From Psammoneis japonica (Eukaryota), in NCBI GenBank assembly GCA_008632985.1, contig QPGO01000077.1:186001-250000 (forward strand): DNA of 64,000 nt. The letters run 5' to 3'. The first letter of the stretch is position 1, and every line of letters begins with the position of its first letter. The position numbers and the translations under genes were made by a program. A model generated the notes under the pieces. The model was not told the origin of the DNA, did not search any database, and was given only the letters and a program-made list of their open reading frames with translations. Below, piece after piece: positions 1 to 10,241 of the stretch.

Positions 1-2830
1 CATGCGTCTGCGTCTTTCAGGTGACTCAGAAAAGGTGTGGAAATGGTGACAGGCTGCACTGACAAACCTTGGCATGAAAGAACAAGACGCTGAAGGAGCG
101 GAGCGTGCTCCCACAGCCAAGACACCATTGGATGCCAGGACAGCTTCGATTTTTCGACTGTGGCAAACATCAGTCAACTCCTAAGATTCTTTGTTGTTGG
201 AAACAAAACAATCACCTCGGGACAACCACGGAGCAGTTCTTGACAAACAAAAGGCTTTTCAGAAGCTGCGCAAATGCCAAGAGAGTTTCAATCAGATGAC
301 GCTCAGCAACCACATCCAACTCAAAGAAAAGGCAGACAACAAAGAGAATGGTGCATCAGTGAATGATTTGTTGGAAAAGGTGAAGGGTGAATTGTCGCGC
401 ATTAAACAGAACAACAGAGCCAGGACTTGTCAAAAGCAGGCATGAGCTGCTGAAGCAGTCAGCACCCCAGAACTGACACGCAATGAAAGTGAAGTGGAAG
501 AAGTCGCCACAGACTTTCTTGACAGCAATTCTGTGCAAAGGCACCAGCTGACATCTGCAAAATGGTCCTCCAACAATCCAGCAGCATGCAAAGATTTGTT
601 TGGGTTTCAATCATTTCCAGAACTCAAGTTGATGGTGTCGGCTTTCTTTCGTGAGGTTCTTCTTGCAGTGCCAGATGCATGTTTTGACAAGAAGGGAAAA
701 AAGCTGAAATGTCATCCTCCAAAGCCAACAACACATTTGAGCAGGTTCTTGTCATCAAGTGCTTCATGCATTGTTGTCCTGTGTGAAAGCATGCAGGATG
801 GACCTTTGGCGTTGCGCGTTGAACCATTTCCGATTGCCTGGACCGTTGGGCACCTTGCTGGGCCACGCTTGGTGAGTTTCTATCCACACTTCCCACACAA
901 AGAAATTGTTTTGACAAGGAACGTCCAGATAAATTCATTGAACACAGACTGGAAAAGACTGGCTTTCTCATGGACGGCAAGGACACCTTCTTGACAGAAG
1001 CAAAGCGCAAGGATGATGCTGCATGTTGCAACCAACAAAGCAACAAAATGCATGGCTCAGCCACTTGATGGGTTAATTTTGTGTCATGTTGTGTGCTGAC
1101 TTGTGAGCACACTGGAGCATTTGGGGCAAGAGCCAAAGAGAATGCCCTTGTTGAAATGACAGGTGAATGCCCGGTTGAGACAGCACCATTGGCAGAATGG
1201 AAGGACCATGCTCTGAAGCATCCAAGTCATGAGATGTTGAAATGCTGGATGGCGCTTGATGATGTGGTGATGGGAAAGACTTTGGATGGTTTGACTGAGA
1301 CTGTTGCACCAGAGTCGCTTCATGCATTGTTGTCCTGTGTGAAAGCATGCAGGATGGACCTTTGGCGTTGCGCATTGAACCATTTCCGATTGCCTGGACC
1401 GTTGGGCACCTTGCTGGGCCACGCATGGTGAGTTTCCATCCACACTTCCCACACAAAGAAATTGTTTTGACAAGGAACGTCCAGATAAATTCATTGAACA
1501 CAGACTGGAAAAGACTGGCTTTCTCATGGATGGCAAGGACACCTTCTTGACAGAAGCAAAGCGCAAGGATGATGCTGCATGTTGCAACCAACAAAGCAAC
1601 AAAATGCATGGCTCAGCCACTTGATGGGTTAATTTTGTGTCATGTTGTGTGCTGACTCATGAGCACACTGGAGCATTTGGGGCAAGAGCCAAAGAGAATG
1701 CCCTTGTTGAAATGACAGGTGAATGCCTGGTTGAGACAGCACCATTGGCAGAATGGAAGGACCATGCTCTGAAGCATCCAAGTCACAAGATGTTGAAATG
1801 CTGGATGGCGCTTGATGATGTGGTGATGGGAAAGACTTTGGATGGTTTGACTGAGACTGTTGCACCAGAGTCGGAAGACGAGTTGAGCTTGGTTGAAGAG
1901 GGAGAGAGCAACAGAAGGAGACAAGGTGTGGTTTTGGATTTGTCAAATGCAGACTGGAGCAACATCGGATCTGAAAGTGACAAAAAGCTGGGTCTGCAGC
2001 AGTGATGAAAGAAGCACAGAAATGGATGATGATGACAATGAAGAACAAACGTCAGATGCTGTGGACTGTGGGAATGACAGCAAGTCAGGTGCGTGCAATG
2101 TCAGCGCTCTTGCACTGGCAGAATTGTGTTTCAACAAAAGGATGGATTTGCTTGACAAGGGAAAGAAACTTCAAGAGGAGGGGCTGAAAAAAAAAACTGC
2201 AATTGTCCAAGAAGATGAAGCAGAGGTTGCAGCATTGAACAAGAAGGCATTGGGAATGTTGCCTCAAAACTCCCCTGAGAGTTTTCTTCAGCAACTTGAA
2301 CTCCTGAAGCGTCTGCACCAGTTGCATGACAACAAATGTGTGGCCCAATGCATGCTCAGTGCATGTCGTGAAATGACAAAAGAGTTCTGTTGGGATGTTC
2401 TTTGCTGGTTGGGCAGTTCTTTGGCACCGGACGATTATGAGTTGACAATCAATGATGCACTGCCACAAGAAGTCCATCTTTGGTTGCACAAAATGCCACC
2501 CAACACAGAGTGCTTGGCAGACAAGGGGTTTGAGAAGACTGAGCAACTCATGCTGCACTTTCCCAGGGTGAGAACTCCTTGAGTGCTTTGGGCAAGGAAA
2601 GCAAAACAATTTGATGTTCTTGAGCTGGGTGACAAAAAGGATCTGTGCAGAATGCGACACCCAATGGAAACTTCCTTTTCTTGGCTTTCCACAAAGCAGG
2701 GTCTTTGTGACATGGTGCCACACAAGAACCTTTGCATGGTGCCCAAGCCCCTTTGAATGCCTGGAAGCAACAGTGGCCTGCCTGAAGACTGCTGGGACCA
2801 GCACTTCTCAACAAATGCAAACAGGGGTCC
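1..2830 (+). pseudogene. PIF/Harbinger-ISL2EU superfamily (DDE_Tnp_4-type) transposase, decayed; 5' end may lie outside the window
   Basis: Cross-frame translation gives HTH_Tnp_4-like 'TFGVAR*TISDCLDRW', first catalytic 'FLMDGKD', 'SNKMHGSA', 'FGARAKE', second catalytic 'CLADKGF' (Y->C), 'VRTP' and 'QFDVLE..RHPME'; multiple stops and frameshifts. Confidence 0.75.
761..1872 (+). repeat. 556-bp tandem duplication inside the transposase (761-1316 / 1317-1872)
   Basis: Direct comparison of the two copies; I found 7 differing sites. Confidence 0.95.
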
Positions 2831-2863
2831 ATTCATGCTTTGCTTGGTCTTTTCATGCTTTGC

Positions 2864-3560
2864 TCATGCAGCGCTGCACTTTGCCAACTCTTGACAAACA
2901 ATCAGTTCCACCAACATGGGCAGCTGATTGAGGGGTGACGGTGGCATTGCATCCTTGAACATCTCTCTGTCAACACACTGTTGCATTTGACGGAACATGC
3001 ACATCATCGCAAGAATGTGCAAACACATTGCTCGTCTGTCACAGCATCCGCAGCATGAAAATGGATGCTGCAACAGTTCCTTTGAGTCTCCATCAAACCC
3101 AACACAAAGAGAGTGTCCTTCTTGCATTTTCTTTGTCTCAGCTGACTCCTCATTGGATGATGCGATGTCTGTTTTCATTGACGGAATGCTTGCAGCTTGA
3201 AAGCCATGCCAACGACCCATCAACCAGTGTTTTGCACAATTGGAACTGTGTTGCATCAACAAGCAAGCTCCCTCATTGCAACAGCAACAGAGCACATTCA
3301 AGATTGTGTTTGTTGCCCTTTGGATAAAATTGTTGAATAAAATCCATGTCAGTTGGCATCAGTCAAGAAACCAGTGCAAAGCACTCATCATGATCCCACC
3401 TGTCAGTGTTGCTTGCAGGTTCCAACACTTCGTGAACCAGCCAATGCCCAATCTGCATTGGAGCCTCATCAGGGGGGAGCAAGCTTCTGCCGCATGCCAC
3501 AAGATCTGTGACTGTTGCTTCCAACTTCTGCCCATCCATCAGAGCATGCATTGTGGTGAT
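2864..3560 (-). pseudogene. SWIM zinc-finger accessory gene, convergent with the transposase (ISL2EU-type ORF2 C-terminus)
   Basis: 'SIPSMK...HSLCVGFD...FSCCGCCDRRAMCLHILA' matches the CxC-xn-CxH SWIM pattern preceded by a PSM motif; an upstream frame reads 'DFIQQFYPKGNKHN'; frameshifted. Confidence 0.6.
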
Positions 3561-4008
3561 TCATCCTGACCACCTTTCTCACAGGCAATTTTTAATGCCA
3601 TCACAGCACCAAATGTTGAGGTTTCAAACCTTGACAGTTGTGCACATGGTGACATTTTATTGAATGTCACAGTTCACAATTTTTCACTGTTGGAACCCAC
3701 CATTCCCTGTGGGATCCAACCCTCAACTGTGTGTGTTCTAATCATTCCACCTTCAGAATGCCGTCCCTTTTTACCTTTTCACTGCGATGTTCAAAACTTC
3801 TTTTAAATGACAAATTGCTGCTGATCACTGCATTTCATGGGTTTAAGGAAAGCTCCATTGCAAACACTGGTTGTCAAATGACAGTTTAGATCATGCAACA
3901 ATGACCACCAAAACACTTCATTGCCACGTCACAACTGTTTGCAATGAACACTAATGCATTGCTTGTCCGCTTTCCATTCTCACACTAACAAAAGGCTCCA
4001 CTGCTTTT

Positions 4009-5290
4009 TCACACCGCAGCTCGCCCATCATCTGAATCTACATTCTTTTTGCTTCCCTCATCACTTTCTTCATCCTCTTCTTCGCTGTCCTTGTCGCCTC
4101 TGTTCTTGTCCGTTACCTCTTCCTCCTTCTCCTCATTGTCACTTGAAAGCTTTAACGTTGCCTGTGTTCTTGCCTCCTTCCCCACTGGTTTTTTCTTTCT
4201 TTTTGCTCCCTTGCTTCTTTCGTCACTCTTCCTTTTCTTGCCTTTGCTGTGCCATGTGTTGAACTGCATGCCTTCCTCACTTGACCTGTCTTCCTTCACT
4301 TCTGCAAGCAGTTTGTTGAATTGCAACATCCCTTCATCCTTCCACGAGTCTTGCCACCTTGACGGGTCCGTGCACTTGGGTGTTGGTTCTGACTCTTCCT
4401 CATCCTCTTTGTCTGAGTCCCCCCCCCCCCCCCCCGCTCCAACAGTCTTTTCATGATGGGCCTTGTGCTCCAAACTCTTCCAGTGGTTGTCCAATGTCAA
4501 CAGCCCCAGAGCCTTGTTGCTTGCCGCAGTCAGACCGGGTGCCTTCATCTCAACGGACTCCACCTTCTTTCTCCATGTTGTGGTGCTCTTTGTGAATTTT
4601 AGGATGTTTTTGTAGAACCAAGCATCACAATTGTTGTCACTGTCTCCTCCTCCCAAGTTGCCAGGAGTGGTTCTTCATCCGCCGTCTGATCATTCTTCTT
4701 CCTCTTCTTCTTCTTCATTCCCCTTCCTCTTGCTGCTGGTTTCTTCTGACCATGTGTCTCCTCGGCTTTGTTCTCTGTCAACACAACTTCAGCAAATGAG
4801 GGCACAGCAGTGTCAAGCACGACCACACTCAACATGCAGTGCACCACAAAACACTTGCCAGCCATTGCATTGTTCTTGATCACCTGTGTGACGGTGCTCC
4901 TTTTTGTGTCAATTGCATGCATGACGCACTTCTTTGCCCAGTCTTCCCATGCTCCTGCCCAGTCTCACTTGCTGCAATTGCCACCGGCTGTCTTTTTCCT
5001 GATGAGCCGTGACACTTTGCCACTGCTTGCCATGTCCATCTTGACAAGGAACTTTGCCTTCGGGAACAGTTCCTTCCGTGCCACCTCTTCCACCTCTCTC
5101 TTCACAGACTGGTGATCCCCAGCAGCTCCCACCCACACCAATGCCGCTGTTGGCCTTGGGCTGGTTGGTTGATCTCCAGCCACCCCCACACTTTGTTTCT
5201 TCTTCTTCCTTGCCATTGCCTGTGCCTGTGCCGCTGTTGCAAATTGTCTGGTGGCTCTGTGCCTTGGGGCCCCAGTTTGTTTCACCATTG
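4009..5290 (-). pseudogene. Transposon accessory protein of the diatom 'SDEA..LL.LEN.W...KYT...GW..EG..RFN' type (Plavaka-associated), decayed
   Basis: 'LFPKAKF', 'SNKALGLLTLDNHW', 'PKCT', 'SWKDEGMLQFNKLLAEVKEDR', basic/acidic tail; probable intron at ~4788-4858. Confidence 0.55.
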
Positions 5291-5668
5291 CAAAAATTTC
5301 AAACCTCTCTTTTAACACTAAAAACCTGATGCTTTTCACCAATGATTCTCTTTTCTCAAAAGCAACATAAACAAGAATTAACCAAAACTTTTAGCGCATG
5401 CACAATTTGTCAATTTTGCCATTCCTCACCATCTTTTGAAAATTTCGAATCCATGCAAATTCCAGTTCAAACCTCTTTGTTGCTGCAATGTCAAAATCCA
5501 CTTCCACACTGTTCAACAACATGCACAAGTGTCTTGCTTAAAAAATCATTTTTAAGAGGTGCACCCACAAAAGTTGTTTTTGCTGCAATGAACAAACAAC
5601 ACACATGCTTTGATGACATTCTGGTTTCTCGCTTGTGCTGCAGTGCATCCATCCTTTTTGGTGCCAAA

Positions 5669-6877
5669 TCATTTTTTCCAGTCCACTTCGACATCTCCCT
5701 CCAACCTTGCAACTCTAAACCTGCTGTGACGCCCAACGTCAGAACAATCAGTCATGTGGATGAAAGCCGTTGTCTCTGCTTGGACACATCTCACGAAACT
5801 GTCTGCTTGAACATGCCACAGTCTCTCCACCCAATGCCTTTCCTCTCTCCTGGTTTGAAAATTCTGCCGCTCACAAATGACACCTGCATTCTCCTTTGCA
5901 ATTAAATCCCGCATCCATTCATTGACTGTCCTTGGAGACAATGGAAAGAACTCCATTTCCTCACAGAACCAAAGTCTTTCATGGCAGTCCTGCAAGATGT
6001 CATGCTGGAACCACTTCGCCAGTTTCAATGCATTGCAAACGATGACCTTGTTGTCCATCATGCCTCCCCAGGGTGATGTTTCTCCCAACAGTCCGCAAGT
6101 GCCCATCTTGTCCATTCCATAAGTTGGCAAGCTGATGCTCGACTTCTGTCTTAATGCCAAAATGTCTCTTGTGTCCATGACCAGTTTTGCATCGTCAAAC
6201 AAGGACCCCGCTGCAAATTCATCCCTCAGATCACTCTCTCCTTTGTTGTGGCAATGACTGTTGACACACCACATCCTTCCTTGCCTGTCTTGGTGCGTCG
6301 CGATGCAGCTCCAATGCTCCTTGCACTTGTGAGCATTGACCCCACGATTCATGACACTGTTCACCCAGTGCGGGTCATTGTGCATGGAGAACATGCGTGT
6401 GCTGGCATGCATGCACTCAATTGCTTTGTCACTCCATCCCTTCAAATGGTTGTGCACCCAAACCATGTGGTTGCATCTCTTCTTCCATTGTTCCTCCCAT
6501 GTTGACCGGCAATCATCATCATCCAAATGCCAATCTACACTGGAGAACACACGAAACAGGTCCATGCAGTCACGGTGGAGGTGAGGGTCAACTGCATGTT
6601 CAGCGCTCGCGCACTCAAACCAACTTCTACCAGTGTCATCAGAATTCACCGTCCCACCTGAGTCTGTTGATTTTGTCAATTGCTCCACTTCGTCAAAAGC
6701 CGCATCACACTCCGCTTGTGGCATGAGTTGTTTTCTCATGTTGTTTGTCATGTTTGTCAACGCATCAAATTTCTGCCAGCAGTCGTTTGGCCAACGGGCC
6801 ATCAATCTGTCATTTTGTACAACGACATTCATTGTTGACAATGATGTGTTCATCTTCTGCTGCAGGTGTGGGTGCAC
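5669..6877 (-). CDS. Transposon-associated 402-aa protein, possibly a Ulp1-like (C48) cysteine peptidase, hypermutated
   Basis: Long intact ORF with a single Tyr; 'HWSCIATHQDRQGRMWCVNS' (HW...YxD/NS-like) and 'MGTCGLL' (catalytic Cys-like). Confidence 0.35.
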   Translation of the reverse strand: MHPHLQQKMNTSLSTMNVVVQNDRLMARWPNDCWQKFDALTNMTNNMRKQLMPQAECDAAFDEVEQLTKSTDSGGTVNSDDTGRSWFECASAEHAVDPHLHRDCMDLFRVFSSVDWHLDDDDCRSTWEEQWKKRCNHMVWVHNHLKGWSDKAIECMHASTRMFSMHNDPHWVNSVMNRGVNAHKCKEHWSCIATHQDRQGRMWCVNSHCHNKGESDLRDEFAAGSLFDDAKLVMDTRDILALRQKSSISLPTYGMDKMGTCGLLGETSPWGGMMDNKVIVCNALKLAKWFQHDILQDCHERLWFCEEMEFFPLSPRTVNEWMRDLIAKENAGVICERQNFQTRREERHWVERLWHVQADSFVRCVQAETTAFIHMTDCSDVGRHSRFRVARLEGDVEVDWKK

Positions 6878-7343
6878 CCCTGCTGTGCTTTTTGCAGTGC
6901 AGCATCACGGTGAGGTGTGTCCACATTGCTTGTGACTGTCACATCACAACTTGCTTTCTCCTTTCCACAGAACAAAAACCTTTGCAATCTGTTGTTCATG
7001 CTCAAAGCAATCAATGATCCCAATGCATTTGATTCATTCCCACCTGTTGATGTTTTCATTGACAGGAAGAACGCAATGCACCCATGTTTTCACGCCAATT
7101 CGTGTCGTGTTTTCCTTGCTTTCTGCCACAATCATTTCACTTTTCACGATCTGAACCAGTGAGGCCCTTTGTCCACACATGTGTTTGTGGAGCCCACAAA
7201 CATCCCAATGTGTCCAAATGGAAGGAAACGCTGGTTGGCAGGTTGAGGATGGTGCGGTTGCATGTCCATGTTGCAAATGATCCTCCACGCGGACACTCAC
7301 CCATTTCCATCACAACCTGCAATGTTTTGCATTTGCTCGAGAG

Positions 7344-8008
7344 ATGTCAAACTTGTCGCATCGAGAGACAGTCGCAACCTGCCCATTGCCGGAGTTGTCC
7401 ATCAGCGTTGCAGCTCACACTTCTCCCGGCAGCAATGACATCTCTCGCAGACAGCGGTCAGCAGATCTTGACCTTTCTTCCTCATCAGATGACTTGTCAC
7501 CACCCCAGCTGAGGAGGTCCAGATGTGGTGCGTCTGTTGTGAACATCTGGCTTGGGCCAACTGCTGATGAACATGACCAAACCGATGCACTGTGGTCACC
7601 ACCATTTGATGATGACATTTCCCCTCTTGGGTCATGATGCAATCACGAGGAGAGCCATCACATGTCTGTGGACATGTTTTTGGAAGAAAGTGAGTCAGAC
7701 AGAAGCCAACTCGTTTGACGCGTTGCCAGATGTCACAATGGACGCCTCCGAAGTCACAAATCATGACGAATCAAACACCTCTGATGAAGACGAGGAATTG
7801 CTGAGTGATGACAGCCAATTGGGAAAGGTGCACCAGAGCCCAGCCAAAGATGCATTTGCCTGCTTGCCCTCTCTTGGCAACATCAACGGTGCTTGCGCAG
7901 AGCTTTGTAAGCTCACAGATGACTGCAGAGCACCGCTTCACCTGTGCGACAAGATCGCAAAGTTCATTGAAAGACACTGTGGCAGTGCATTCCAGATTGG
8001 CACACTGC
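7344..8008 (+). pseudogene. N-terminal fragment of a Plavaka-like transposase, truncated at ~8009
   Basis: Acidic N-terminal region, then 'CAELCKLTDDCRAPLHLCDKIAKFIERHC', which is the APLYLYD.I motif with Y->H/C changes; divergent from the accessory ORFs. Confidence 0.55.
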
Positions 8009-8100
8009 CAGAGGACTCAACCGGTCCCGGCATCCGTGACTGAAATTTCACCATGGTGAAGTGCGAGAGTCAAATCATTCGATTGGACTCAACCGGTCCC
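8009..8100. repeat. Putative element terminus: CAG start, 16-bp direct repeat GGACTCAACCGGTCCC (8013, 8085), palindrome TTCACCATGGTGAA (~8047)
   Basis: Seen directly; coincides with the truncation point of the Plavaka-like ORF. Confidence 0.5.
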
Positions 8101-8779
8101 GATTTTGCATCAAAAAGGCATGTTTTACTTTGATGCATCTCGCCATGGCATGCATCATTGGGTTGATGCATCTTTCATGGGGGATCTTTTTCTGCCATTG
8201 TTGTGAAGAGGTTGATGCATTGGTTTGGTTTTCTGGGGGGCTTTGGTTTTGACACATGGTGCAAACGGCAACATGCCTCGACTTGTGACTTGATTGCTGC
8301 AGGGTGCGTGCAACATGTGAATGGTCGACAATGTTGCGACGGTGAGTTCTCTTTGTGTTTTGTCAATTCATGTCATTTTCCCATTCACCAAAGATCATTG
8401 TTGTTTTTTGTTACAGCGTGTGAGGTCGATTGATCGTCTCGTACGGTCGATTGTTGCATCTGTGATGTTGGTGTCTTTCTCATGGCGTTTGCACCACCAC
8501 AGTGCATCCGTTTGGGAGCCTCATGCTTCGTCTCACTCTTTGTCCTTTGGCGCATCTATTTGTGCCATTTGTTTGGACTCGTGACAAGCTTGACATGTTT
8601 TTGGAGGTCTTGGTCGGCTCACAATCACAGCATGTCGTTTTTCGGTGACAACAATTTCATCGTGGAACCCCACAAATGTGCGGGGACCCGCAACCAGGAA
8701 ATGTGTGGAGTTGCACGTGCATGCATGGGGACCATTTACGTGGGTTTCATTGACCACTCAGTGGTTGGTGATTGCAGAC

Positions 8780-9465
8780 TTTTTCGTGTCGGTCCGGCAG
8801 TCGGGCAGTCGGGCAGTGGGGGGGTCGGGCAGTCGGGCAGTCGGGCAGTCGGGGGGTCGGGCAGTCGGGCAGTCGGGCAGTCGGGCAGTCGGGTTGTCCG
8901 TCTGAATTTGAAAGTGTGTCCCTTGGATTTTGAAAGGGCATGGGTTGTTCAGTGCAGATGAATTCTTCGGATTCTTGGAATTGTCATTGAGGACATGAGA
9001 GGTTGTGGGGACATCCTAAAAAATCGATAAATTCCCTACGACGGGTGCGTGGCACGGTTTTTCAGGAGAGCTCGAAAGTTCTGAAAAATTGGGATTGCCG
9101 GCGTGGCATGTTCAAAAATGTGTTCAGTTGTGTGCAAAGACAATTTATCGTGAATTCTACATGAAAAAGTCACATTGGGGAAAACACATCAAACAATGAG
9201 TGAGTTTGTGCGATGTGCCATTGTGGCGATAAATTGGAAAAAAAAGAGTGTCCGTGCACCTCGCTGCAGCCCCAAAAATGGCATGAGACATCAAATGTGA
9301 CGGTCATCCGCGTCACCGGTGCGGTGGCCACACCACTCAGCCACCACAATGCCTTCCCCGGCAGTGGGGCCCTGCGCACGTACAGGCAATGCAGCATGCA
9401 ACGGCACACACACACCCACACCCACAAAGAAAGACAAGTGGTCAATGCTCCCCACAGGCCTGGTT
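8780..9465. mobile_element. Dispersed repeat copy 1 (probable DNA-transposon terminus ending ...CAGGCCTGGTT)
   Basis: Colinear homology with 17755-18368; homology ends at the same motif in both copies. Confidence 0.85.
8795..8893 (+). repeat. 8-bp minisatellite (GTCGGGCA)n
   Basis: About 12 tandem units with some GGGGGG variants. Confidence 0.95.
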
Positions 9466-10241
9466 GTTCCAGAGCTGTCTCGCGAACTGCCAGGCGTTTT
9501 TTCGAAATTTTGTCGTAGAAACTGTGCCAGTTTTGCATGTGTGGGCTACGTTTTTCAGCGCCAAATACAAAAATGCACGTGGACCTCTACAGGAGGGTCC
9601 CCGCGCATTTGCGGGGTTCCTCGATGAAATTTCTTGACAGTGCATGCCGTGGGAACAAAACGATGCGATGGAGTCTCGGGGACACTCACGACGTTGGCAT
9701 TTGTCAGACAGCCTTGCCACAGTCCAAAGAAGGCAACACTGTGAGTGTGTTGTGAATGATTGAGTTTTGCACTCGTTTTGACGAAACTTGCACACCCAAC
9801 GAGCCTTTTTTGGTGCGCCTCGATCATGCGTGCAGGCATCTGGTCCTTTTTGACCCTTTCCACCTGCCCTTCAACCACATTGTCATCATTGTCTAAGACG
9901 CTGTATTGTCCACATTATTTTGGGAGATCTTTGTGGTGCAACTGCAACTCTGGGCTTTGCAATGGGTAAAATGTGAAGGTTGAGGCTTGTGTTGGCGGGC
10001 TCATTGCCTCCTCTTGAATGCGCTGATGCCACGAACCGCTGATGGCACTTGGGGGCATAAAAACTGGCAAGGCAACTCAGCTCTACCTTGAAAAGGTGCC
10101 CTGGTGAGTGTGCTGTGACATGTGACCACAATGGATTGTCATTGTGTGCGTTGTAAAACTCACATTTTCATTTTGCCTGTCATTTTCCAGCATGACTGTC
10201 TTGACCGTTAAAGCTTGCAGTGGCATTTCCAGGCCCATGTT

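Larger units (their letters stand above)
8645..9639. repeat. Inverted pair of subterminal hairpin motifs (8645-8722 and 9574-9639)
   Basis: GGAACCCCACAAATGTGCGGGGACCC versus the reverse complement of GGGTCCCCGCGCATTTGCGGGGTTCC; the flanks also match. Confidence 0.8.
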
